Assembly: GCA_013416795.1 (NCBI GenBank)
Contig: RQSC01000032.1
Location: forward strand, 124,001 to 188,000
DNA from: Prasinococcaceae sp. CCMP 1430
Taxonomy: Eukaryota; Plantae; Prasinodermophyta
DNA length: 64,000 nucleotides
Reading direction: 5' to 3'
The stretch's first letter is position 1, and every line of letters starts with the position of its first letter. Below, one piece after another: positions 44,982 to 55,200 of this stretch. The notes under the pieces were generated by a model that saw only the letters and a program-made list of their open reading frames with translations, was not told the origin of the DNA and did no database searches. The position numbers were made by a program, and so were the translations under genes.

Positions 44982-47672
44982 ATGGTTGCGGTTGAGGGTC
45001 CAGTGAATTCTCGCGACCACGCGAGCCGTCGGCTTGTCCGTGCGCGGCCACACTGCGCGGTGCGCGCGCGGCAGCAGCACGTGAGCCTGGCGGACGAGTA
45101 CTTCTGCTCGGCAGACGCGGGCGAGGCGTTGTGGGCGCTTGGCGAGGCCGTCGCCGAGGCAGAAGCGCTCGCGGGCGAAGCGGACTGGGTCATTGTGCGG
45201 CTCTTTGTGAAGCGGCTCATCACACTGGCACTCGACCGTGGAGCACGCGAGCGCGAGATGGCCGCCTGCCTGCTGGCGGCGCTGCGTGGCGAGGGCGTGC
45301 GCGCGTCCGAGGTGGAGGCGGGCCTCGCTCTGTTGCTGGACTCGCTGGACGATCTCGCGCTTGACGTGCCCGACGCGCCCGGCCAGCTGACGCTCTTCCT
45401 CGCGCGCGCGGTGCTGGATGATGCCGCGAGTCGCGGCTTCGTGGACGAGCGCGCCTGCGGGGACAGCAGCGCCGCTGCGGCGGCGCGCGCCGCCCGCTCG
45501 CTGCTGCGGGCGCCGGGTGGGGCCGCGCGCGTCCGCGGCGCCTGGGGGGGCAGGGACGGCAGCTCGGTCGAGGCGAGCAAGGCCGTGATGGACTCGCTGC
45601 TCGAGGAATACGTGAGCAGCCTCGACCGCGCTGAGGCGGAGCGCCGACTGCGCGCGCTGGCGATGCCCTTCTACCACCACGAGTTCGTCAAGCGCGCGCT
45701 GTACATGGCCATCACGTACGCCGAGCGGCGGCCTGCGCTGGTGGACCTGCTCGCCGGCTTGTGCGGGTCGGGCTGCGTGAGCGCCAGCCAGATGGCGGCG
45801 GGTTTCGAGCGAACCGTTGAGAGGCTGCCCGACCTACGCCTGGACGTGCCCGACGCGCGCGCGAGCCTGGCGCTGCTGGCTGCGGAGCTGCGCGCCGCAC
45901 GGCTGCTGCCGGCCAGGCTGTCTGCCTGGGCGATGCTCCAGCAGCGCAAGACGGGGAGTGGCTCGCTCCGACTCGGGAGCGAGTCGTGCCTGGGCGCCCT
46001 CGCCGCCGGCGCCGGCGGCACGGAAGGTGACGCGGGGGGAGGCGGGGGAGGCGACGTGAGCGCGGACGGCGGGGACGGCTGGCACGGGGGCATGGCGCGT
46101 GTGCGGCCCATGTGGTCGGGCCTGCGCGCGCCCACGGTCAGCGCCAGCCGAGCGAGTGGCGGCAGCGGCGTGGAGCGCAAGGGTGACGCGGCGCCTTTCC
46201 CCGCCCCCGTGCTCTCCCTGCGCGGAAGGGCGCACTTCGCGTCGTCCCCGAATCTGTGCTCGCTGGACACCACCGAGCTCGTCAAGCCCGAGTGCCGCGC
46301 GCGGTCCTATCTCAACTTCTTCGACGAGTACGAGCTGGGCGCCTTCCTCGGCTCTGGCGGGTTCGCGGCCGTGTATCGCTGCACGCACAAGCGGACGGGC
46401 GCGCGCCGAGCGGTCAAGGTGGTCCGCGTGTCCGCGAGCGACGACGCCGGCGAAACGGGAGACGTCGCGGCCCGCGAGAGCGAGATGGCGCTGCAGGAGG
46501 TGATGAACGAGCTCGCGTTTTTGTCGACGCTGGGAGACCATCCGTCGGTGGTGAAGGTGCACCAGTACTTCCTGGACGAATCCACGATGCTCTGTCACAT
46601 CGTGATGGACCTCCTCGAGGGCGGCGAGCTGATGGAGGCGCTGGAAAGCGTGGGTTCCTACACGGAGGACAGCGTGCGCCTGCTCATGCGGCGGCTCTTC
46701 GAAGCGGTCCAGCACCTGCATTTCCACAACTGCGTGCACAGAGACCTGAAGATGGAAAACCTCATGCTCGCACGCGCGAACGACCTGGGCTCGTTGACTT
46801 TGGTGGACTTCGGCCTGGCGAAGACGATGCACGCGCGCGCGCGCGAGCGCGAGCAGTGCGGCACGGCGTGGTACATGAGCCCCGAGCTGCTGCTGGGCGT
46901 GCCATACGGCCGCGCCGTGGATTGCTGGGCGTGCGGCGTGATAATGTGGGCGCTCCTGACGGGCGCGTGGCCCTTCGGCGACGAGGAGGAGGACGAGGAC
47001 GCTGTGGCAGACGAGGTGGTGGAAGGAATGGACTTCGACGAAGCGTTCGCGCGCCCCGAGTGGCGCGACATCAGTGCCGAGGCGCAGGACCTTTTGCGCG
47101 GCCTGCTCAGCAGCAGCGTGCGCGCGCGGCTGACGGCCGTGGAGGCGCTGGAGCACGCGTGGTTCCTCGGTGCCGAGCGGGGCGGCGGCGCCATCGCCTC
47201 GGTAGAGCGCGAGGAGGGTGGCGGCGGGACCTCCCACCTCGCCGCACAGCTGAGCGAGACGCACGCCCGGCTGGAGGCCCTCTCTCGCGCGCGGAGGCAG
47301 GCGATGCCTCTGCGCTCCTTCGGCGCCGGCGAGCGCATCGCCGTCGCGGGCAGGACGTACACGGAGTGCCTGCTCGTCAAGAGCGGCGAGGCCACCATCC
47401 TTGACGAGGACGGTAGGGCGGTGGGCGCGCTCGGCGTGGGCGCGCTTATCGGCGAGGTGTGCGCCTCTCCGCGCTCGGGCGCGCCGGCGCCGCGCACTGT
47501 CGTCGCGGCCAGCCAGCTCACGTGCTCGGTCATCGCTGGCGAGGCGATGGAGCTCGCCGCCGCCCTCGACTACCGGCGCGCGCCGGACTTCCGTGCGGCG
47601 CTCGACGCGCGGCGCCGGGCGCTGCGCAAAGTCAAGGCGCAGGCTAAGGCCGGACCCTTGATAGGCGGCTAG
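44982..47672 (+). CDS. Double MA3 (PDCD4-like) + CaMK-type Ser/Thr kinase + cNMP-binding-like domain protein
   Basis: FVKRLITLALDR..REREMA..LL, LDDLALDVPDA, LLEEYV, PFYHHEFVKRAL, LPDLRLDVPDA; LGSGGFA, AVK, HRDLKMEN, DFGLA, GTAWYMSPE; SFGAGERI...LLVKSGEATI...GALIGE...RTVVA. Single uninterrupted ORF. Confidence 0.85.
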   Translation: MVAVEGPVNSRDHASRRLVRARPHCAVRARQQHVSLADEYFCSADAGEALWALGEAVAEAEALAGEADWVIVRLFVKRLITLALDRGAREREMAACLLAALRGEGVRASEVEAGLALLLDSLDDLALDVPDAPGQLTLFLARAVLDDAASRGFVDERACGDSSAAAAARAARSLLRAPGGAARVRGAWGGRDGSSVEASKAVMDSLLEEYVSSLDRAEAERRLRALAMPFYHHEFVKRALYMAITYAERRPALVDLLAGLCGSGCVSASQMAAGFERTVERLPDLRLDVPDARASLALLAAELRAARLLPARLSAWAMLQQRKTGSGSLRLGSESCLGALAAGAGGTEGDAGGGGGGDVSADGGDGWHGGMARVRPMWSGLRAPTVSASRASGGSGVERKGDAAPFPAPVLSLRGRAHFASSPNLCSLDTTELVKPECRARSYLNFFDEYELGAFLGSGGFAAVYRCTHKRTGARRAVKVVRVSASDDAGETGDVAARESEMALQEVMNELAFLSTLGDHPSVVKVHQYFLDESTMLCHIVMDLLEGGELMEALESVGSYTEDSVRLLMRRLFEAVQHLHFHNCVHRDLKMENLMLARANDLGSLTLVDFGLAKTMHARAREREQCGTAWYMSPELLLGVPYGRAVDCWACGVIMWALLTGAWPFGDEEEDEDAVADEVVEGMDFDEAFARPEWRDISAEAQDLLRGLLSSSVRARLTAVEALEHAWFLGAERGGGAIASVEREEGGGGTSHLAAQLSETHARLEALSRARRQAMPLRSFGAGERIAVAGRTYTECLLVKSGEATILDEDGRAVGALGVGALIGEVCASPRSGAPAPRTVVAASQLTCSVIAGEAMELAAALDYRRAPDFRAALDARRRALRKVKAQAKAGPLIGG

Positions 47673-47991
47673 CTAGAGAGCTAGCTAGAGAGCTGGAGAG
47701 GGCTGGAGAGAGAGAAAGTGTGTGTAGACTAGTTCTAGCTAGGATTAGCTCCAGTGGGAATTGGATTGTCATTCGAGAAATTCATCCTGCTGGGTCGTCG
47801 GCAGTGGGGAATCGGTGGTCGGTGGGGCGCAGATGCGGGCCATCATGCGGCCGATCGTTCGGCGACTGCGCGGGAGTGCGTCGTAGGCGCATGCCCTGCC
47901 ACGGTGGTAGGCAGGGCAGCGACGCGAGTGTGGACGCGCGCGTTGGGATTTGCGCGTGGGCGGTGGCCGTGCCGGTGCAGATGCTCGTGTC

Positions 47992-49998
47992 TCATCTGCA
48001 GTACAGCTTCCTGCAGCTCTCGCGAACGCATTTGGAACAGCGTTCGGGGGTTGGGTACCCCATCTCCACGCATTTCTTGACCCTGGCGAAGGGGCACGGC
48101 CCTGGCGTCTTGCCATTAGGGGTGGCTGGAGTAGGCGTGGGCGCGGGCGTCGGCTTAGACCTAGGCTGGGGCGGGTACCCGGCGGCCACGCAGTTCTTGA
48201 CCCTGACGAAGGGACATGGCCCGCTTTTTTTGGGCGGCGGCGTCGGCTTGGGCGTCGGCTTGGGCGTCGGCTTGGGCGTCGGCTTGGGCGTCGGCTTGGG
48301 CGTTGGCTTGGGCGTCGGCTTTGGCTTGCCGCCGCTGCAAGTCTGCTTTTTGCTGATGCACGTGGCAGCCTCGGCGAGCTGCGCGAGCTTCTTGGCGGTC
48401 GATGCGCAGGGCTTGTCGCTTCCGCCACCACGTGCACCCATCCAGTCGCCGCAAGTCGTATGCGTCAGGCCAAATATGTGCCCCGCCTCGTGGCCAGCCA
48501 CGCGATGCAGCTTGCTCGCCGCTCCGTACACTACGCCAACCTGAAACTTTTTGCCGCACAGCGTGCCCACATAGCCCAGCCCCGCCGGTCCTGATTTGCC
48601 GCGGTTGTTGGTCGCCAGCAGCGCGAGGTCGCCGCCGGAGACGCGCCTGTTGTCGCGGAAGTCCTGGATCATGCCCGAGCCGAGCGTACCCTTGTACGTG
48701 TTGCCAACGATGACCTGTCCGGCCTTGTGGACGATGCCGCTGTCTGCATACATGTTGTTCATGCCCGCCGTGGCGGCCAGCAGAGCGCCCACAGTGCCCT
48801 TGCCGAAAAGTTTCTCCATCGAGGCGTCCGCCTCCCAGTTGACAGTGCTCTCGTAGCAGCCCAGCTTGAGCATTTCAATGGGCGGCAGCGGGATGAGCTC
48901 GAGCACCTTGGCGTCGACGGGCGTCGCAAATACCTGCGGCACGCTGAGGGTGTCATTCGCAAACTCGAGCGGGCTTTTGTCGAGCACCACGGAGGTGGTG
49001 CCGTTCGTGCTATTGCCTGCAGCCCAGATGTTGGCATCGCTAAAATTTCTGCCTGCAGACGGTGGCTGGGAATCGCGCGCGACCTGCTCGTCGCGCGGGC
49101 TAGACAACATCACCCTTCTGGCGGGAACTCCTTCAGCGGCGCCGATAGGCAGGCTGACGTCGTCGCTTTCACCACTGCCGACGTCGATGTGTTCAAAGTG
49201 GTCCGCGCCAAGGGCTGCCGCGATGTAGATGACGTGTTCGACCTCATCGCTCGGACAAAAGCCCGGGATTGCCTCCCTTGCCGGCACAGGCTCGAGCACA
49301 AGCTCGAGGTTACTCAGACCGTCAGCCAGGAGACGCACCGCAGGATGTGCGAGGTGGAGCCATGCGTGCATGTGATCGATGCCCGAAGCATCGCTCAGCA
49401 CGAAGCGCCCCTTCCAGTCGCCGTCGTCGGTGCGCAGTGAGAAGAAGCGCACGGGGGGCGTCGCGTTGCGATGCGCGACCTTGCCAGTTTCAGCGTCCAT
49501 GTATATCGCTTCGAATCCGTCAGTGAGGTACTCGCGCGCGTCATCTTCTCGCATGCCGGCAATGAGCAGCGCGTGGTGCTCGCGCACATCATCATCTCCG
49601 GCGAGCACGACGTGCGCGCGAGGGCGTGGCAGGTACACGTGGAGCTCTCCCGCCCCCGAGAGCGACCAGGCGCTTCCGCTGCACGACCTCACGGCTTGGC
49701 CGCTCAGCACGGCCGCGTCGATGAGCGCACGTGTCATGGTGAGTGCGCGGCCATCGTCGTCGGCTGTTCCAGCCAAAAACGGCGTCACTCCGGAGGCGCG
49801 ACTCGCGGAGCGCGTATTGCTGACGAAGAGCAGCGGCCCACCGCCCTCCGCCATCAGAGCACCGTTGGCAGAGGCAGCCCGGCCCGCGAGCACACCCGGG
49901 ACCAAGGACGCGGTGAGCAAGGCCGCGCATGCCCCTGCCGCCGCACGTGCCTGCCGAGCCCCACCGCGCCCGCCACGCCCGCGTGCCCCTCGCGCCAT
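47992..49998 (-). CDS. Secreted reprolysin/M12B-like zinc metalloprotease with Pro-rich stalk and Cys-rich repeats
   Basis: Signal-like AAAGACAALLTASLVPGVLAG; GLGYVGTLC; HEAGHIFGLTH; Met-turn DWMG; (KPTP)7; two GPCPFxRVKxCVxxGYP repeats. Confidence 0.82.
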   Translation of the reverse strand: MARGARGRGGRGGARQARAAAGACAALLTASLVPGVLAGRAASANGALMAEGGGPLLFVSNTRSASRASGVTPFLAGTADDDGRALTMTRALIDAAVLSGQAVRSCSGSAWSLSGAGELHVYLPRPRAHVVLAGDDDVREHHALLIAGMREDDAREYLTDGFEAIYMDAETGKVAHRNATPPVRFFSLRTDDGDWKGRFVLSDASGIDHMHAWLHLAHPAVRLLADGLSNLELVLEPVPAREAIPGFCPSDEVEHVIYIAAALGADHFEHIDVGSGESDDVSLPIGAAEGVPARRVMLSSPRDEQVARDSQPPSAGRNFSDANIWAAGNSTNGTTSVVLDKSPLEFANDTLSVPQVFATPVDAKVLELIPLPPIEMLKLGCYESTVNWEADASMEKLFGKGTVGALLAATAGMNNMYADSGIVHKAGQVIVGNTYKGTLGSGMIQDFRDNRRVSGGDLALLATNNRGKSGPAGLGYVGTLCGKKFQVGVVYGAASKLHRVAGHEAGHIFGLTHTTCGDWMGARGGGSDKPCASTAKKLAQLAEAATCISKKQTCSGGKPKPTPKPTPKPTPKPTPKPTPKPTPKPTPPPKKSGPCPFVRVKNCVAAGYPPQPRSKPTPAPTPTPATPNGKTPGPCPFARVKKCVEMGYPTPERCSKCVRESCRKLYCR
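48239..48322 (-). repeat. 12-bp tandem repeat x7 encoding KPTP
   Basis: ggcgtcggcttg units on the + strand, inside the protease CDS. Confidence 0.95.
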
Positions 49999-50530
49999 CG
50001 CGAGCGCGACGCCGGTGGCGCCCGATCTCGTCCTCGCCGCTCGCCGCGTGCTCTCTGGCGCCCGCGCGCGGCCGGCGCTCGCGAAGGGGCGTTCCCTGCG
50101 CGCGCGCCAGGGTGGCACGCGAGAGCGCGCGTGTGGCCATGAGAACCATCAAAATGCATGCGCACGCGCGCGCGCGGCCGAACGGGCGCGCGCCCCCGAG
50201 AGCGCAGCCAGGCTGGTGGGCCACGGCTCCTGTTCGGCGGAGTGTGGGTTGTATGCTGCCATGAGGACCGTTACGCGGCCCCTTTCGGGGCCTTGTCTTT
50301 GCCAAACGGCGTCCACATCTTGTGCTCCCAACCTCGGGTACGACGCATCCCGCCCGATTTTGCGACTGGAATAAACCCTACAGAAAATCCGGATGAGGTT
50401 TCGGTTTGACCTCGCGCCGCCGGCGGCCCCAGAGTGCGCCACACCGCGCGCGCGCGCAGCAGCGGCGCCGGCGCACCCGTGGGGGGGTGGTGTGTGTGTG
50501 TGTGTGCGTGTGCGTGTGGCGGGTTGGAGN

Positions 50531-51820
50531 CACAGGGGCCGCCGCGGCCGCGCACGGCGTCCCGACCGTCGACGTGTCGGCGCTGGCCGAGGGCGCGGAC
50601 GCGGGCGCGCGCGCGCGATGCGTGGCCGAGCTGCGCGACGCGTGCGCGACGGTGGGCTTCTTCTACGCGGTGGGTCACGGCATCGCGCACGAGCGCTCGC
50701 GCGACACGCTCGCCGTCGCCGCTCGCTTCTTCGCGCTGCCCGCGGAGACGAAGCGCGCGCTCGACTACCGCCATAGCTACGCCTTCCGCGGGTACATCTC
50801 GCGCGGCGCAGAGAACACGGCCGGCGTGGTGGACGAGCGCGAGCAGGTGGAAATCGGCGATGAGGCGCCCGCGCACGCTGACCCCACCTGCGTGCGGCCC
50901 TACTACGAGCGCCTGCGCGGGCCCAACCAATGGCCCGCCGAGGAGGACTGCCCTGGCTTCCGCACGGAGCTGGAGGCCTTCGCAGCGGATATGCAGGCGC
51001 TGAGCATGCGCCTCACGGGCGCGCTCGCCGAGTCGCTCGGCCTGCCTGCGACGCACTTCGACCCGCTGTTCGACGAGCCCCACACGCAGCTCAAGGTGTG
51101 CCACTACCCGGCGCTGGAGGCGGCGGACGCCAATGCGAGCGGCGTGGGCGCGCACAGCGACTCGGGCTTCCTCAGCTTGCTGCTACAGGACGACGCTGGG
51201 GGGCTGCAGGTGCAGCTCGCCTCGGGCGAGTGGATCGACGCGCCGCCCGTCGAGGGCTCCTTCGTCGTCAACCTGGGCGAAATGATGCAGCTCGCCAGCG
51301 GTGGACGGTTACGAGCGACGGTGCACCGCGTCGTGCGCGCGCCCCGGCGCGCAAGACTTTCCGTGCCGTGCGTGGCGCCGTGCTGCGCGCCTATAGGCGC
51401 CGCCGCGCGACGCTGCGTCCTTCCAGCCCAGCCCTACAGCCCCACCCGCCACGCGCCGTGCGCCCCCTCTCCACCCAGCCACGCATGTCCCGTCGCGCCC
51501 GCGAGCTCTGACGCGCAGCGCACGCGTGCACCTCGCGCGCGCTCTTTCCCGCCCTGACGCGCGCCTGCAGGTACTTTTTCAATCCGAGGCTCGACGCGAG
51601 CGTGGCCCAGCTCGCTGAGCTCGCCGGTGGCGGCGCGGACGGCGGCGCAGACGCGTCCGCCACGCATGGGGGGCGCAACAAGCTGAGCGCTGAGTATGGC
51701 GTGAATGCCTTCAAGTCGCTCGCGCGCTCGCACCCGGCGGTGCTCGCCGCACATCACCCCGACCTTTGCCTCGTCGACGGTGTCGTCGTTGACGCGCAAG
51801 GCGCGCGCTCGTCCGCCTAG
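50531..51820 (+). CDS. 2-oxoglutarate/Fe(II) dioxygenase (isopenicillin N synthase-like); intron 51368-51570; start obscured by N at 50530
   Basis: VPTVDVSAL, GFFYAVGHGI, HYP, GVGAHSDSGFLSLLLQD..GGLQV, NLGEMM, ATVHRV, RLSVP|YFFNP. Confidence 0.9.
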
Positions 51821-52295
51821 CGAGCAGCGAGCGGCGAGGCGCACTCGCCCGCCGCTGCGGCGCGTTTGTATACACATGTCACACATATCATCGAGCGCAC
51901 GAGCGAGGAGTGTGCGCGTGTGGGTAGTTGCAACGCGCCGCCGCCACCAACAAGGCGTTGGAGACGCGCGGGGAGGGGACGACGGGAACAGCACTAGGCG
52001 ATCGCCCCGCTGCCCCCTCCACCTCCACCTGCCCCCTCGGGTGCGCGTGCTTCACCAGCAGCATCGGCGCGATGCACAAAACATCCAACGAGCAGGGCGC
52101 GCCTGGCTGGTGCCGCGGCCACAGCACGGTGCCACAGCACCGCCTGGCAGCGGCGCCACAGCGGCGCTTTGCGGCGGCGGCGGGCGGGGGCGCCCCAGAC
52201 GCCCCGCCCGAAGCCTCGTCGGTTGGGGTTGTGCCCGCCTCGGGCGCCTCCGTGTGCGTCCGCCGCCGCCGCTCGTCCTCGGCGCCGGCCCGCGC

Positions 52296-55200
52296 ATGGA
52301 AGCTGCAGCCGCGCACGAGGCAGCGCGCCTCGCGCGCCTCGCGGCGGAGCGCGGAGACGAGCGCGACGCGCTCGCCGCCATCTTTGCCGGTGAGTTCGAG
52401 TGCCCCGAGGGCGCCGGCGAAGTCGAGGCCCCCACCGAGGGCGGCAGCGGCACCAACAGACCGTATGCGGTGCGTGTCACGGAGGGCGGCGTGTCGCTCA
52501 GCGTGAGGTGGGCGTACCCAGCAGGTGGCGGATATCCGGAATCGCCCCTCGCCGTCGCCGTCGAGCCGCTGGCGGGCTTCGGCTCGGCGGCAGGGCGTGA
52601 GCAGCTCGCTGCGCTGCGCGCCGCGGCCGAGGCGCAGGCGCTCGCGCTCGCCGCAGAGGGGCGCGTGGCTGCTTTCGAGCTCGTGCAGCTCGCGCGAGAT
52701 GCCGCGCAGGCGCTCGCCGCTGCGCTTGCCGACGGCCGCGGCATCACCCAGGCGGATGTCGCCGCCGCCGCGCCCGGCTTGAGCGACGCCGCGCTGTGGG
52801 AAGATGACGGATGGCGGACGGTGCAGAGCAGGCGCACCAAGCGCAGGCAGTCGCAGGCGGCTGAGGTGGGTGGCACGGACGCGGGTGCGTCAACAGACAA
52901 ATGCGAGGAGGCCGGTGCCGAGGAAGGCGGCGAGCAGCCAGGTGCGCACGGCATGCGTCAGGGGAAGGAGGGCGTGCGGTCGGCTCTCGTCCTCGGCCAG
53001 CTGCTGCGCCTGGTCACGAGCCCGCGTGGGCCCATGCCCGGCAAGCTGGGTGTCCTCGCGGCCGAGCTCAAGGCCGCTGGGGTTTTGCCGGGGTGGCTGC
53101 ACGATATGCTCGTCAGGCCGCCTAAGACGATTGCGGCCCACAGGCTGGAGAGTGGCGGCGGCGCGGGCGCGCCACCGCCGTCGGGCGGCTCGTCGTCTTC
53201 GCCTGGACCTCTCGCGGCGCTCGTGGAGCGCTCCATCTCGCTGCGCTCGCGCAGCGGGGCAGGTGAAGAGGCGGCGACGCAGGACTCCTTCGAGGACGCT
53301 TTTTCGCGGGTCTTTTCCAGAGAGAAAACTGCCGCCCACCAGGGGGCCATGGCCGGGCCGCACGCCTCAGCGCTTGAGCAGCTATGGTCGTGCTCCTCTC
53401 AGACAGCACGAGGCGCAAACAGCGCGGGTGCACGACAACTATCATCGGCGCGCGGCGTGAGCGCGGACTCGGATGAGGGCGAGGCTGCCATGAGCCGATA
53501 CGAGACCGACTTTGAGGAGCAACGAGTGCTAGGTGCTGGGGCCTTTGGCCAGGTCGTTCTCGCAGTCAATCGCTACGATGGCCGTCCGTACGCCATCAAG
53601 AAGGTGCGCCTTTCGGCGCGGTCGCCGTCGCTCAACGCGAAGATCCTGCGCGAGGTGACCACACTCAGCACGCTCGCGCAGGCCAACATCGTGCGCTACT
53701 TCAGTGCTTGGATCGAGTCTTCGGGCGCTGCTCAGATCGCCCAGGATGAGGAGGGCTCGACCGATGACTGGCTCTCTGGCACACCGACGCCCTCGGCAGG
53801 CTCGGCAGAGCTGTCCAGAGGCACGACTGACGGCGCGAACGCCCCGGTGCTCCTCATTCAAATGGAGTACTGCCCCAGGACACTGCGCGCCGTGCTCGAT
53901 GCGCCGGGAGAGATGGCCTCTGCAGAGGACGCGAAGCGGTGGACGTGGGCGCGTGACCTGCTCAAGGGTCTCGCACACATCCATGCTAGCGGGGTGGCCC
54001 ATCGCGACATCAAACCGGCCAACATTTTCGTCTCCGTTCAAGGTGGGCTCCTTATTGGAGACTTTGGCCTCGCGAGATTCAGGGGCACCACAGACAAAGA
54101 TGATGGCGCCCAGGGCGCGGGTGCCGGCTCGCGCGACGGCGCACCGCCAGGCGGCGCGGCGCGATCCCTCTCGGACGCGACCTCGGCCGTGGGCACGGCC
54201 CTCTACGCAGCACCGGAGACTGGCAAAGGTTGGGCAGCCTATGATATGGGCGTGGACATGTACTCGTTGGGGATCGTCCTGTACGAGCTGTGGGCGCCCT
54301 TTGCGACGGGAATGGAGCGAATCGTTGAGTTGAGCGCCCTTCGGCAGCGGGGCAAATGTGACAAGCCTTTCGCCAAGGCACACCAGCAGGCCGCGCGCCT
54401 CATCGACGCTCTCATTGCCAGCGACCCATCGGCGCGGCCTTCGGCGCCGGAGGTACTACGTGGGGACTACTTGCCGCCGTTGTCGGGAGAGGACCAACTC
54501 GTGGAGATGACACGGCTCCTGCAGACGGACGAGGCGTGCTTCGAGCGCGTCGTCGAAGCGGTTGCATCCCCGGCGTGCATTCCCTGCGAGACCAAAACCG
54601 CCCTGGCGGCCGACAGCGCGCCGCGCCCTGCTGCGGCCAATCGGGCTGCGGCTGAAGTCGCCTCGCGGCTTGCCACGGTAGCGGCAGCGCACGGCTGTGC
54701 GCCCACGACTTCGACAGCGATGCTACCGAGCCCTGGAAGCAGCAGCCCTGGTGCCACTATTGTGTTGGACGCTCACCACGGAGTCCGTCTGGATGTACGC
54801 TCTGACGCGCGTGAGCGCCTGTCTCGAGCCATCGGTGCCTCCGGAATCGCAAGCGCGCGCGCGTGGCAGTGCGCTCCAGTCTGGCGCCTGGGACAGGGCG
54901 GCGTGCCCATGGAGCGCCTCGCATTTGACGTCGACTTCGTCGAGCGCCCAGCGGATGCCTATGGGCGAGCCCTTCTGGGGGCGGAGCTTGCTCGTGTTGC
55001 GTGTGAGTCGGCCCTCTCGAGTGACAGCCCTGAGCTTTTCACCCTCCGTATCAACCATCGAACGCTGCTGGCATCGATCCTGCGCTGGGCCGGGCTCGAG
55101 CATGGCGAGGAAGCGACCGTCCTACGTCTTCTCGCCACGAACCGGCTCGGGCGTGCTGACTGGAAGCAGGTGGCGGCGCACCTTGAGGACGGCATCGTGC

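Noticed and set aside
48239-48322. Short direct-repeat array as possible CRISPR
   Set aside because: Contiguous 12-bp units without spacers, in-frame coding for KPTP; no cas genes; eukaryotic context.
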